From Podarcis bocagei (taxonomy: Eukaryota), in NCBI GenBank assembly GCA_964188305.1, contig OZ076885.1: 64,000 nucleotides of DNA; one strand, 5' to 3'. Below are positions 12,164 through 23,900 of the stretch, piece after piece. Below the pieces are notes generated by a model. The model made no database searches. It was not told the DNA's origin and saw nothing but the letters and a program-made list of their open reading frames with translations. Position numbers and translations under genes: made by a program. How positions within the stretch are numbered: position 1 is the stretch's first letter; the number at the start of each line of letters is the position of its first letter.

Positions 12164-13301
12164 GTATTTGTCAATTCTGAAATAATCATAGTGAAAATAT
12201 TTGGGTACAATGCTGCTTATATAGAATCAGTAGTAAAACTCCCATGGGTTTTAAATGGAGCAGGATTCCAGCTTTTGCCTTGCTCCCATGCCTTCAGTTC
12301 CTTCATTTATTACTTCCCATTGAAATGTGGCATTTATTAGGCACAATCCAGGTGAAGCTAAGCACTTTTAAGGCTACAGTTCTATGCACACATCTGAGAG
12401 AAAAGTTCATTGTACACCATGGGACTTCCTTCTGACTAAACATGAGCAGGAAGTTTATGCATGTCCCATTAATTTCAGTGGAAGGATTAAGCACAAAGTG
12501 CTTAACTTTAACTGGATTATGCCCAAAGTAACATGTAATCCAAATGCATATCAGATACATTTTTATAGTCTTTTTGATCATATTGAGTAAGGAAAGCCAG
12601 AGGTTTATGAGCTGTCAGTGACATTTAGGTTGCATTGAGCTTGGTGGGTCACAAAGAAGTTGGTGGTACGCCTAGGCAATGCATGTCTACAAAATATCAA
12701 CAGGCCAAAGAAGACATGTAAACTTCCAGTTGTGTTGTGTCATCTTCCTATAAGGTGGCAAAATTCTTGTCAAAGGCATAAACTTCTTCATTATCCATTT
12801 AAGTCATTGGATGTTAATGTGAACATCCTATTAATATGTACTTGGATTTTACCATCATTTTGAGTATATCATTGGGCTTTGAGAATTAAGGAGTACACCT
12901 TAGGAATATATGATGGCCCAGAAGAAAATATTTATCAAATATTTATCAGTTCATATATAGTCATCAGTAATAGAGTAAATATAACCAAGGCTAAAACCAC
13001 TCCAATCTTTTTACAGATTTACTATTTATGAGGAGTGGGGGTGTAATGCTATCTTGTCACAGTGGGATTGTAAATGCATTTTCTTTGTTTGTGTTTGATA
13101 CCCTTGTTTTCCATCTGCATTGTCTGAATTAGTGATTGTTTTAATGAAAGAGAAAAGCGAGAGGCTGAGATAGATCTTCAATGTTATGTAGTAGATAATG
13201 TTGTATATCGTCATGTTTTGTGTCTCACGGTTTCTTGATCTCATAATCTTGCACATTGCATTTCGAATTAATAATAGTAAAACAAACAAATATCTTTAAA
13301 G

Positions 13302-13379
13302 TGCCAGAGGTGCCCAAGAAACCTGTGCCTGAAGAGAAGCTCCCTACTCTCAAAAAGAAAGAACCACCAACACCTAAAG
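13302..13379 (+). CDS. TTN: TTN PEVK exon
   Basis: 78 nt; VPEVPKKPVPEEKLPTLKKKEPPTPK. Confidence 0.92.
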
Positions 13380-13702
13380 GTATATGTTATATGTGATCAA
13401 ATCTTGAAGTGAAAAACATCATTTTCTTATACTCTTGATCATTGATCATCTTTTGGATATCCTTATGAGTCTATGTCATGCATTCTTTTGAGTAGCTTTC
13501 TGTGGCTAGCATCTCCATCCTTATAGTTCTGCTGTTGGTACAAGTGGAGTTGTACTTCATGGTAGTTTGTTGTTACAAGATTCTGGGGACAAAAGCATGC
13601 ATGCCCCCTCACCTTACATCTTGAGCTTTGACATTTTCCCATCTTTTACATTTCATTGTGCTTTCAAAATTCAATAGTAAGCATTAACTAATATCTTTAA
13701 AG

Positions 13703-13801
13703 TGCCAGAAGTGCCCAAGAAGGCTGTCGTCGAAGAGAAAGAACCAACTCCTGTGCTTAAAAAGCCTGTACTTAAGGAACCAGAACCTCCTCCTGTTAAA
13801 G
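13703..13801 (+). CDS. TTN: TTN PEVK exon
   Basis: 99 nt; VPEVPKKAVVEEKEPTPVLKKPVLKEPEPPPVK. Confidence 0.92.
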
Positions 13802-14179
13802 GTACATTTCAGCATTAATGCAGTTATAAAGAATGTGGTTTTGATGCAGGTGTTTAAAGCAGATGTCTGGGAGATTCTTGTTCTGTCTGTGCTCCGTTGC
13901 TTAAAATTTCTTTTGTAAACAATACTGTTGGTTCAGTCCAGTGTGTGAGAGAAAAAGTGCTTAGCTGTGCTGAACTGCATCACGACTGCTTTCTCTGTGT
14001 CCTAGTATGCAAACACACAATTGCTGATTTTGTTATAATTGTGCATTATGTTTCAATCTTCTTCATATTAGCTACATATCTTTTGCCCCTTCTTAAAAGT
14101 AAAACTAATCTCTTTTAAGCACTCAAAGTACTTCGGAAAACTGTGCCAGTTTAAAAAGTAACTCTTGTTTTACCTAAAG

Positions 14180-15574
14180 AACCAGAACGCTTTGCTGTGT
14201 CTGAAGAACCAGAGACCATTAGTGTTTATGAAGAAGAAAAAGTCACTGTTGAGTATGAAGAAGAAGTCGTCACTGTTGTTGCCGAAGAACGTCAACCTGC
14301 TATTGTGCCTAAGAAACCCAAGCCTACCATTGTCCCTAAGAAACCAGAAGCTGCAGCCGTGCCGAAACCACCAAAGACTGTACTTAAGAAACCAGAACGC
14401 CCACCTGCTAAAGAGACCTTGGAATATGAAGAAGAACGAGAGGTGCAAACGATTGTTGGGTACAGAGAGCGAACACATGTTTCTGTCCACCAGGACATAG
14501 AGGCTATAGTTGCACTTGAAGAACCCGAGAGTGCTTCAGCTTTTGAGATCACAGAGCCTGAGCAATACTTTATTGAGGGATCAGAGGAGATTATTTCACT
14601 TGAAGGACCCGAAGCTGTCCCAGAAGAACCAGAAGTCGTTGCTGCTCCAGAAGAAATGAAACCTGCTATTGTGCCAAAAAAGCCGAAGCCTACTGCTGTA
14701 GCTAAAAAGCCAGAACCTGCGGCTGCACCCAAGAAACCAGAACCTATTGCGGTGCCTAAAAAGCCGAAACTTGCTCCTGTACCTAAAAAACCGGAGCCTC
14801 AGAAGCCAGAACCCTTGTTCAAAAAACCGGAACGCCCACCAGCTAAAGAGATCGAAGAGCACGAAGAGGAACGAGAGGTGCAGACTTTTATTGGAAAGAG
14901 AGAGCGACAACATGTTTCCGTCCACCTAGACATAGAGGCCATAACTCCTTTTGAGGAACCTGAGAGCGCTGCAGCTTATGAGATGGAAGAAGAAGAACAA
15001 TACGTCATTGAGGGGTCCGAGGACATTGTTTCCCTTACAGGACCTGAGCCTGTTGCTGTCCCTGAGGAACCCCAAGTCGTTGCTGCTCCTGAGGAACCTA
15101 AGCCTGCTCTTGTGCCCAAAAAACCCAAGCCTGTTGCTGCGCCTAAGAAACCTGAACCCGAAGCTGCTCCCAAGAAACTGGAACACGTCGTGGTGACGAA
15201 AAAGCCGAAACCTGCCGCTGTGCCTAAAAAACCAGAGCTTGCGGCACCGCCCAAGAAGCCCGAACCCTTGTTCAAAAAACCAGAACGCCCACCAGCTAAA
15301 GAGATCGAAGAGCACGAAGAGGAACGAGAGGTGCAGACTTTTATCGGAAAGAGAGAGCGGCAACATGTTTCCGTCCACCAAGACATAGAGGCCATAACTG
15401 CTTTTGGGGAACCTGAGAGCGCTGCAGCTTATGAGTTGGAAGAGGCAGAACAATACGTCATTGAGGGGTCTGAGGACATTCTTGCACTTGAAGCACCTAG
15501 AGCTGCTCCTGAGGAACCAGAAGTCATTGCTGCTCCTGGCGAGCCTACGGAAGTACCTAAGAAACCAGCAAAAG
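14180..15574 (+). CDS. TTN: TTN giant PEVK exon 2 (about 1.4 kb, three ~145-aa repeats); 5' boundary uncertain (14120, 14159 or 14180)
   Basis: Open frame from 14155 to donor aaag|gtatat at 15574; alternating E-rich and PKKP-rich blocks; the acceptor at 14119 gives an in-frame TAA at 14152. Confidence 0.78.
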
Positions 15575-15969
15575 GTATATGGCATAATCTTTTCCAGTAC
15601 AAAGAGTATGTCTTCCTTAAAGCAGAATGTTGACAAGCGTTGCTTTGCCAACTTTCTGCTGAGCAATTCGAAAAACTGCTCTTGGAAACAAAGTTGTTGT
15701 GTGTATACATTGGTGCGTGGGTGTGTGAAAGAGAGAAAGGTTCTTTCTGATTCTGCAAAGCAATTTGCTTAGGCCTGCAAGAATTTGAAATTTCCATTAT
15801 TAATTGACGTGAAAGTAAATAAAAAACAACAACTTAAATGTATAAATGGAAACAGATTCAGGAAGAATTATTCATTTGAAGCTGGATGAAGGTGATGTCT
15901 GATGTGCCTGTGGGTTGATGGATATATTTTTTCCCCTGTCTTTTAACAAACCAACTAATATCTTTAAAG

Positions 15970-16053
15970 TGCCTGAGGTACCCAAGAAAGCTGTCCCAGA
16001 AAAGAAAGTACCAGTTCCTGTGGCTAAAAAAGTCAAACCGCCACCAGCTAAAG
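15970..16053 (+). CDS. TTN: TTN PEVK exon
   Basis: 84 nt; VPEVPKKAVPEKKVPVPVAKKVKPPPAK. Confidence 0.93.
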
Positions 16054-16343
16054 GTATATGTCCACACCTAAAGAAGAAATTTCTTTGTTCTTCTTAAAAT
16101 ACTCTCTTCTTCTGTACTGTCTCTCCTATAGTTTTTGCTTGACTGAAATAACCTAGTGTTCATGAACTCTGTATGTATAATACGAAGTCTGTATGTCTCT
16201 AGATACGATGTACGTCTATGTATCTGTCTGTAGCATTAATCTTGCTTTTGATACGTCCTTAATTCTTCGTTCCTCTTCTTAACATCTTGGTACCTCTTAC
16301 TTCAATAATTCTCAAAGTAAAAATAGAAATATTATCTTTAAAG

Positions 16344-16427
16344 TGCCTGAAGAGCCCAAGAAAGTTGTTCCCGAAAAGAAAAAACCAGCTGCTGCACTTA
16401 AAAAACCAGAAGCTCCTCCCGCAAAAG
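16344..16427 (+). CDS. TTN: TTN PEVK exon
   Basis: 84 nt; VPEEPKKVVPEKKKPAAALKKPEAPPAK. Confidence 0.93.
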
Positions 16428-16675
16428 GTACTTTTATCATTCACAGAGAAAATCATTATCTTGCTTGCTGCGTTTGGTTCAGCTGTTGGATTTGTAAATC
16501 GTACTAATGTGTATAAATGACAGGCTGAGCCTAACCTGGGAGGGGATGGGGGTGAGGGAGTGTTTGTGTCCAAACACAATAGGTAGCTTCAATACCTTCA
16601 GCAGCTCCACTTTTGCTTTTAATGCCTTGTTTGTTTTACCTACATGAAAGTAAAACTAATTAACATTTCTTGAAG

Positions 16676-16759
16676 TCCCTGAAGTCCCTAAGAAACCTGT
16701 GCCAGAAGAAGAGGCCCCTCTTGCTGTTCCTAAAGAGCCGGAACCTCTGCCTGCAGAAG
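16676..16759 (+). CDS. TTN: TTN PEVK exon
   Basis: 84 nt; VPEVPKKPVPEEEAPLAVPKEPEPLPAE. Confidence 0.92.
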
Positions 16760-17213
16760 GTAGCTCTCCCTATTAATCACGACGTCATTCTTATCCAGAC
16801 TGCTATGTCCGCTTTGTTTGGTCTTACGTTTTATGTGGTCCTGTATGTATATGTAAGGTGAGGGTGGTGGTGGTAGAGGACTGTCTGTTCTTTATGATGT
16901 CCTTCTGTTTAAAGTCTGCCTTTCTGCCTTATTACAGATTTCAGGCCACAGTCTTCAATGGCTGCGAGCAATTCTAACCGTGGAAAACCCACGCTTAGAA
17001 TCTTGATTTGCCATTAAGGACTGAAGCTAATACTTCAATCATCTCATTTTGCACAAATTGGCTTTGGCCTTTTTGTCATCTTTCTGCTGTGTGGTGTTGC
17101 ACTCCTTTTGGTTGCAATTATAGTACTGGCCTCATTTATAGGGGCCTTAGGGAGAAATCAGAAGCAGGGCTTTTTCTTTCCTTTTTTGTCCAGCAGCAGC
17201 AAGTCTACCTGGG

Positions 17214-17353
17214 NNNNNNNNNNNNNNNNNNNNNNNNNNNNNNNNNNNNNNNNNNNNNNNNNNNNNNNNNNNNNNNNNNNNNNNNNNNNNNNNNNNNNNN
17301 NNNNNNNNNNNNNNNNNNNNNNNNNNNNNNNNNNNNNNNNNNNNNNNNNNNNN
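17214..17353. other. Assembly gap (140 N)
   Basis: Run of n. Confidence 1.
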
Positions 17354-17852
17354 GCTATTGCCTTTGTGTTGAGGGATCTGAATTGTGAACATTTGAATGA
17401 AACACAGCTGCATCAAATAGTTGCTTCATACAAAATTGGACCTTATCAGGCCATCAAAGCTGCCCCAACTTCTTTGAAGGGGAAAAACACATGTATATAT
17501 ATATAAAAAAATCTGTGAATCTGATGGCAACAATCCTTCTTTAAAATATGTGTGAATATAATCTGGACATACACTTTTCAAAAGCCCCATCAAATGCAGA
17601 CTATATAGGCCTTTGTGCAGAGGGCTGCAGAGGGTTCCTAAAGGCCTGATGCAATTTCTGTTTACGAAAGCATCCATTTAAGGGCCTTCCATCCATTTAT
17701 GTACAAAAATACACTGTGACACTGGTGTGTTTGTCTGTGAATGTGTATGTTGTAATAATGTCCCCGCTATTTTGTGCAATATGTCTCCAATTCTTCTTGC
17801 CATTTGATCTTTGAAATGGCAATCTTATCTTCGTTGTCGATATTCTTTAAAG

Positions 17853-17936
17853 AGCCAGAAGTTACAGAGGAAATTGAACCGGAAGAACCAGTACCTGTTC
17901 CTATTCCAGAAACAGAGGAGATAATTCCAGATGAAG
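17853..17936 (+). CDS. TTN: TTN PEVK exon (E-rich)
   Basis: 84 nt; EPEVTEEIEPEEPVPVPIPETEEIIPDE. Confidence 0.9.
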
Positions 17937-18387
17937 GTATATACTAAAGTGTGAATGAAATATACCACTTTCTTTTGTACCATCTCCATCTTGCAGAGTA
18001 AGAATTAGGTGTGTTTGTTCCGTGATGTGTACACTCCAGTATGTTTTGTTTTGTTATTTTTGTGTGTGTGTTTGTATGCGTGTATTTCCTATGTTGTATT
18101 GCTTTCTGTAACTGTGTGGTGATTCCCATTATCTTTGACCATGTAAACACCTTTCCCTCTTAATTGACTTGGAAGTTTACTAATGACTTTTTCAAAAACT
18201 TTCTTGAACCTATGGGCCATCAGATATTTTGAGCTGAGTTGTTTATTTTGGCACTTGCATTACTGGGACTTTTACGAATAGAGTCTATAAAAGCAGTTTA
18301 TTTCCTTTGTTACATTAGATGGTTTACATCTGAGGTTTATATAGTATAATTACATTAGCACTGAATCTACCGCAATATCATTTAAAG

Positions 18388-18483
18388 AACCAGAACCGGA
18401 GAAGAAGATACCTGAAAAACCCAAACCCCGTGTACCTTTCCCACCAAAAGAGGAGGTTAAGGAGGAAAAGGTTCAGCTTAAAG
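18388..18483 (+). CDS. TTN: TTN PEVK exon
   Basis: 96 nt; EPEPEKKIPEKPKPRVPFPPKEEVKEEKVQLK. Confidence 0.9.
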
Positions 18484-19054
18484 GTATCAGCAGCAACCCC
18501 AACAGTACTTAACAACTTTTACTAAGCCCCAGTTTTATAACTAATGCCTGTTGACACATAATAATGTTCTTTGAAAGTGTGGACTTTAGGCTGCCATCCT
18601 ATTCCCACTCACCTGGGAGTAAGCCTGATTAAACTTACTTTTGAGTAGGTGTGTATAGGATTGCGCTGTTAATATATTAATGTAAGTCTAACTTAATGTT
18701 GTCTGAATGGTTTTCAGTCTAATGTCCCTACTCACTGATGGTTTTCATTTTTTTATTGTTTCTAAATTTGTAATTAGGGTTTGCAATCCAGATAGTTAAT
18801 TTTACCTGTGCTCTAAGGCCTTATGCATGGTGTAGAAAACCTCCCGTTACATTCAATCAGTCACTGTGCTTTGCAGATAGAGAGCCTCCTTCAGATACCA
18901 TCTTACCAAGAGCTTTGTTCCACATAATGTAGGAATCAGGCCTTAAGTGTCTTGGCGCCTAACCATTGGAATTCTGTCCTATTAAACATTAGACAAGTGA
19001 TGTCTCTGTTGCTTTTTTGGTACCTTCTGAAGATCTTCCTATTTCAACAAGCCT

Positions 19055-19190
19055 TTTAAATAGAGATCTTTCCCAGTCTGCATCTGTATTGGAATTGTAT
19101 TGGGTGTTTTTAGATGAATTAATTGTTTTGTCTTTTGTGTTTTTGCTGCCCTGGGCTCCTTCAGGAGGAAGGAAAGGTTATAAATTTAAC
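19055..19190 (+). mobile_element. L2 LINE 3' tail remnant
   Basis: ..gctgccctgggctccttcaggaggaaggaaaggttataaattt stem-loop tail typical of lizard L2. Confidence 0.5.
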
Positions 19191-20269
19191 AAATGATGAC
19201 GGCGATGTCACCTCACAAACTGCTTTTGAAACTCTCCTGAGTTTCAAACACCAGTCAACGTGTGGCATGTTTGTTTGCTGTCTGAGATTCAGAAGTCCAG
19301 AGTCCTACTGAGTGTGTGAAACTTGTTTTATAGTTCTTTGGATTGTATTTAGTTATTTGAAAGTGCATGTGCCAAGCATGGATGTAATATAGCTAGCATT
19401 CAGAATTAAGCATAGAGAAAATGGAACTCAAAGCATTATAGACAGGGAGGAAGATTTATTACTTCCTAATGAAAATCAGTAGTGGATTATCAAAATAAAC
19501 AACTATATGTAGCTTTTTTAAAGGTTCCATAAAAAATATTACTCCACATCCCACATTTTGCAATATTCTGATCTTATACAGCATCATGAAAAGAATCAAA
19601 CATAATTTAATATTTCAAAGTGTATCACCTAAGTAATATTTGGTCCTACAAGAATTGCATTTACTTTTGAAAAATCTGTTCTTTTCCCACCATCTCAAAT
19701 CAGAGGGAAATAGATCCTCTTCCCGAAACAAGATTCCACCCCACCACCGCACACACTTTTGCAATAATAGTTTCACGCAAAATTCACAGCGAAAAACTTG
19801 GTTATAGGGTCTTTATAGCTTATGTCAAGAAGGAACATTGTGGCTACACAATCTATTAAAGTTTCAACAGAAGTGGATGTCCTCTCTGCTAAGTATATAT
19901 AGATCCAGTGAAAACAAATTATTGTATGATCAGATATGCTAGAACCAAAGTAAGCAATGTAAAGTCTTCAGGCTGCATGTATCCTAAGAAGGCCCTTCCC
20001 CAGCCCAAGCAGCCACTATGTGGTAAGTTGTCCACAGACCCTTGTGTCTTGTTCTCATCTTAAAGAGCGCTAGACTGTAGTTTTTAGTATATTTCACAAA
20101 GTAGTATATTTTTCATTCCATTTCCATGTGTGACTTCCAGTGGTTGTTTTGTGTTCAACTCGATTCACTTTTTTCCTATTTTCTTTTTACTGAAGCATAC
20201 TTTCATTTCGGATGGAGTATTCTGTGGCTTCTTCATCATGGCCTTGTTATCATGACTAACAATATTATA

Positions 20270-20513
20270 CAGTGGCACCTCAGTTTTCGATCTTCTCAGA
20301 AGCCAAACACTTCGGTTTTCAACCGCCGAAAACCTTGAAGTAAATGCTTCCGTTTTTGAATGTGCCTCAGAAGTCAAATGGATTCCACTGAGGTCCCCCC
20401 CCCAAGTTTCTCCATTGATTTTTCAGGCTGCCCTTTGTGCCTCAGTTTCCGAATGTTTCAGAAGTCGAACAGTCTTCTGGAACGGATTATGATCGAAAAC
20501 TGAGGTACCACTG
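20270..20513. mobile_element. Tc1/mariner (Tigger-like) MITE
   Basis: TIR cagtggcacctcagttttcgatc / gatcgaaaactgaggtaccactg; TA TSD both sides. Confidence 0.9.
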
Positions 20514-20794
20514 TATATACTAAAGTTAAAGTCAAAAATTAAAGTTTAGCAACAAAAATGGTGGTGGTTGTTTTAGTTTTTTAAAGAACTCCTTCTGAAA
20601 TAAAGTATCTTTGGAAGAGAGGACCAAACTTAACAAAGAGAAAAGTAAAGTAAAGTAACAAATGTCTCCATGTTTTGTGATCATTCAAATGGAACTGAAA
20701 GGTATAGCTCTCTTATAATAGGAGGTTTTTCAGTTTTAAATGCCAATGGAGATGATTGCATATGCGCTTATTCTGAAATTAATATCATTTTAAG

Positions 20795-20872
20795 CACCTG
20801 GACTGAAGCCACGGAGACCCACACCTGAGCCTCCCGCTCCACCACCTAAAGAAGAAGTTGTTTTGAAAAAAG
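20795..20872 (+). CDS. TTN: TTN PEVK exon (about mammalian exon 219)
   Basis: 78 nt; APGLKPRRPTPEPPAPPPKEEVVLKK. Confidence 0.88.
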
Positions 20873-21459
20873 GTAATTTAGCCATGTTGCTTTTTTCAAA
20901 AACTGGAGGACCCCACTGCTGTGATATTCCAGTCCTAACGCCACATTGTGAGGTCTGGCTGCAACAGCTAAGACACTTCAGCTTCTTCTTGCATCCGACT
21001 ATAGGATCTCGAGAAGCCCATAAACAATTTCCTCAAGCAGGTTAACTCCTTTGCTGGTTCAAAGAAAATGCTAGTTCTAGACATGCCGATTCTAGGCAGA
21101 AAGCTCTACTAGCAACCATAGCTGATGCTGGAAGCTCCCAGACAGTTGGAAGTTCTAAGGTGTCTACATTATTTGCAACATAAAGAAAGCTGTTGTTGCT
21201 TTTGCTTTTGAATATACAGTAATTAGTGCTTTGATTTCACCTGCAATTCTAAAAAGGACTTCTCAATGGAGACTTGGTTGTAGATTATCACACCGTGCAG
21301 ATTTTAAGTGGTGATCAGTTTATCAGCCTTGAGAAATAAGAGGTCACTATTCTCCAGATGTAAAACCAAGCCTATTTGTTAGCCTGTGTCATTTATTAAT
21401 AAAGTTCCTCATCACTTCATCACACTGTTCTTGAAAGAAAATTGTTTTTTCTTTTAAAG

Positions 21460-21555
21460 TCACAAGAGCAGTTAAGAAACCAGAGGAAGAACCTAAGCCA
21501 GAGAAGGAACCAAAAGCTCCACCCAAGCCTCTTGAAAAGATTAAGAAGCCTGAAG
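21460..21555 (+). CDS. TTN: TTN PEVK exon (about 220)
   Basis: 96 nt; VTRAVKKPEEEPKPEKEPKAPPKPLEKIKKPE. Confidence 0.9.
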
Positions 21556-22051
21556 GTACAACGAAAATCAGATTGCCATGAGGTTAAGCAGTAGGAGACC
21601 CTTCTTAGATCCCCATATTCACAAATACTTTCTGAATCTGAAACAGTAAGCCATCTGAATTTTGAATAGTTCTTCAGCATGGAAAGAAAAATCCCAACCA
21701 TTTGGAATATTCAGAAATTTGGGGACACAATCTGCAGTGTAACAACTTTCCCTCTCCCATCCCCTTGACACACTCTGTCTTTTCAGTCTTCACTTTGTAA
21801 GAACTCTTGTAGAAAGCTACATCTGACATATTCTATAATTGATAGTTTTGATCTGTCTTCCTCATTATCGCTATTGTGTCCCAGCTGTTCATCTTCGCCA
21901 CATACAGTGTTTTGACAGGCTTTGAACTTATTTCTTATTTGTTTTAAATAAATCACACCAGCTACATGGCTCAGGATAAACTCGATTAATGCATCAGGGA
22001 AGTCAAAATATATGAATTCAGCTTCCGCATAAAACAAATATTTTTTTTAAG

Positions 22052-22138
22052 TGCCGGAGGTTGAAAAGAAGAAAACTGAGATCCCAGCTTTCAAGAAAAG
22101 GGAAGAAAAAGAAAAACCTGTGCCTGAACCAACAAAAG
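22052..22138 (+). CDS. TTN: TTN PEVK exon (about 221)
   Basis: 87 nt; VPEVEKKKTEIPAFKKREEKEKPVPEPTK. Confidence 0.9.
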
Positions 22139-22514
22139 GTACAAACATGCAGTGCTCTTATAATCGCTTATACAACTAAAACCGCATTTGATCTTGAATA
22201 TTGGTCTGTGAGCTGCACTAATCTTTAAAACAAGCCAGCTATAAATGCTCCCATCTTTGTGCTCTTCCAGCTGCTCCCTAATTCTTCATGCAGTACCTCG
22301 TCGTTTCTTCTTCTTCTTCATTAAATGTTCTCTTATTTGTCTTTATATGGTTCAAGCCTGTTCTGTTCCCCTGAAGTAGTATGTGAATGTCTTTAAGGCT
22401 TCTGTTAACTGTGCTGTTTGTCTCTCCAACTATTTTTATGCATTTTTTTGGTTTTGCAATGTTCTGTTAAAAAAAAACCCTGATTGACCCACTTGTTATT
22501 TTTTTTGTTCAAAG

Positions 22515-22562
22515 TTCCAGAGCCTAAACCAGCCACAATTCCTGAACCAAAGCCTGCTACAG
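22515..22562 (+). CDS. TTN: TTN PEVK exon (about 222)
   Basis: 48 nt; VPEPKPATIPEPKPAT. Confidence 0.85.
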
Positions 22563-23122
22563 GTAGGACATTTTGAAACCACTGATTATAGACCATTTTC
22601 CTCCAATCTAGTTAACTCTGGCGTTAGCATAAAATCAATGGAGCACCAATATAACATGAATTATTTTTAATCCCACCCTATGCCCTTATGTGCTGGTGCA
22701 ACTCCTTGTTTTTTCAGACTGCGGGCTTACATTTTAGCATTTGTAAATTATGCAATCACATTTGAGAATTCTGTAGTGTTCTGCTTATGTTTTGCTTGTT
22801 AAAGATTATTCCAACAAGTTTGCTTGTTAAAGATTCATCCCAGCTAATACCACTGTCTGTTTCTGTGACAAACTAAGGCTAGTAAAAATCTATTTCATGG
22901 TTCTAAGAAGTACTAGCAGTGTAAGCCTATGTATGTCTATTCAGAAGGAAGCCCCATTGCCTTCAATGTGTAGGATTGCAGACTAAAAGGATTTTTAAAA
23001 ATGTGTATTGTCTAATGTTAATCATTGTTGTGCAGAAGTAGGTCCACTTAACTCAGTGTGGCTTTCCTAGTATGTGTGTTGAGGATTACAACCTCAGTAA
23101 ATATATATAATTTTTTCTACAG

Positions 23123-23203
23123 CCCTAAAATCTCCTAAGCCTCCCACAGAACCCAAACCTGAAACAGCTCCTTTAACAACACCAGTGGTTGGAAAGAAAG
23201 CAG
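23123..23203 (+). CDS. TTN: TTN PEVK exon (about 223)
   Basis: 81 nt; ALKSPKPPTEPKPETAPLTTPVVGKKA. Confidence 0.9.
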
Positions 23204-23766
23204 GTATGACTATTACTTCAGTAATATATTCAAGGGCGGGACTGTATTATTATTCTGTAATATATTCAAGAGCAAGGTTGTATCACAATTCTATTAACTT
23301 TTGTATGAGTAATCATGAGCACAACAATCATGAGAGAGTTTAAATGTTCTTACTAACAAAAATATTTACAATACACAACTCACTAAAGAACTTTTAGGGA
23401 TCACATCTTGTTGTGCTATCAGTATTATTCAACGTCCAGTCTTCAGATGTGGTTGGACTACAACTCCCAGCCTCCTTAATCAATGGTGAAGGGAGTTGTA
23501 GCGCAACAACATTTTGGGCCCAAACCTTGAATGGACACTGTCCTAAATAACATGCACACCTTTCACCCAGGACTCAATGATAGCAGATGGGGAAATGAGT
23601 ACACTTAGCTGGAGGGCTTGAGGATCCAAGAGGATGATAAGACCATTACTACAAGAGGGGGAAATGAGGCTGAATTAAACCATTCATTCATTCATTCATT
23701 TGAATATGCACAACTTCTCAACAGTAAAATGAATGCAAGAAGCAACATTTTGAGGAAATAATAGCT

Positions 23767-23781
23767 GATAGATAGATAGAT

Positions 23782-23829
<48 letters not shown>

Positions 23830-23846
23830 TAGATAGATAGATAGAT
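23767..23846. repeat. (GATA)n microsatellite
   Basis: About 20 GATA units. Confidence 0.95.
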
Positions 23847-23900
23847 AATAGTTTAAACTTGACTTCATTATCTAATACTGCTGTTGCTGTTTTATGTCAG

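Noticed and set aside
4103-15797. Antisense and alternate-frame ORFs over the giant PEVK exons (up to 246 aa)
   Set aside because: These are shadows of low-complexity repetitive coding sequence with no independent signals.
880-15969. PEVK introns as U12 (minor spliceosome) introns, given the AG-proximal branch-like motif and missing pyrimidine tract
   Set aside because: Donors lack the U12 consensus GTATCCTT and the motif is not TTCCTTAAC.
72-16759. Regularly recurring short motif plus ~84-nt units superficially resembling a CRISPR-like array
   Set aside because: Spacing is irregular (0.15-1.5 kb). The units are phase-1 coding exons with AG/GT boundaries in a vertebrate gene, and there are no cas genes.
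20587-20701. Segment with PEVK-like tttaaag acceptor and aaag|gtatag donor
   Set aside because: It is 115 nt (not a multiple of 3), has an early stop and lacks PEVK composition.
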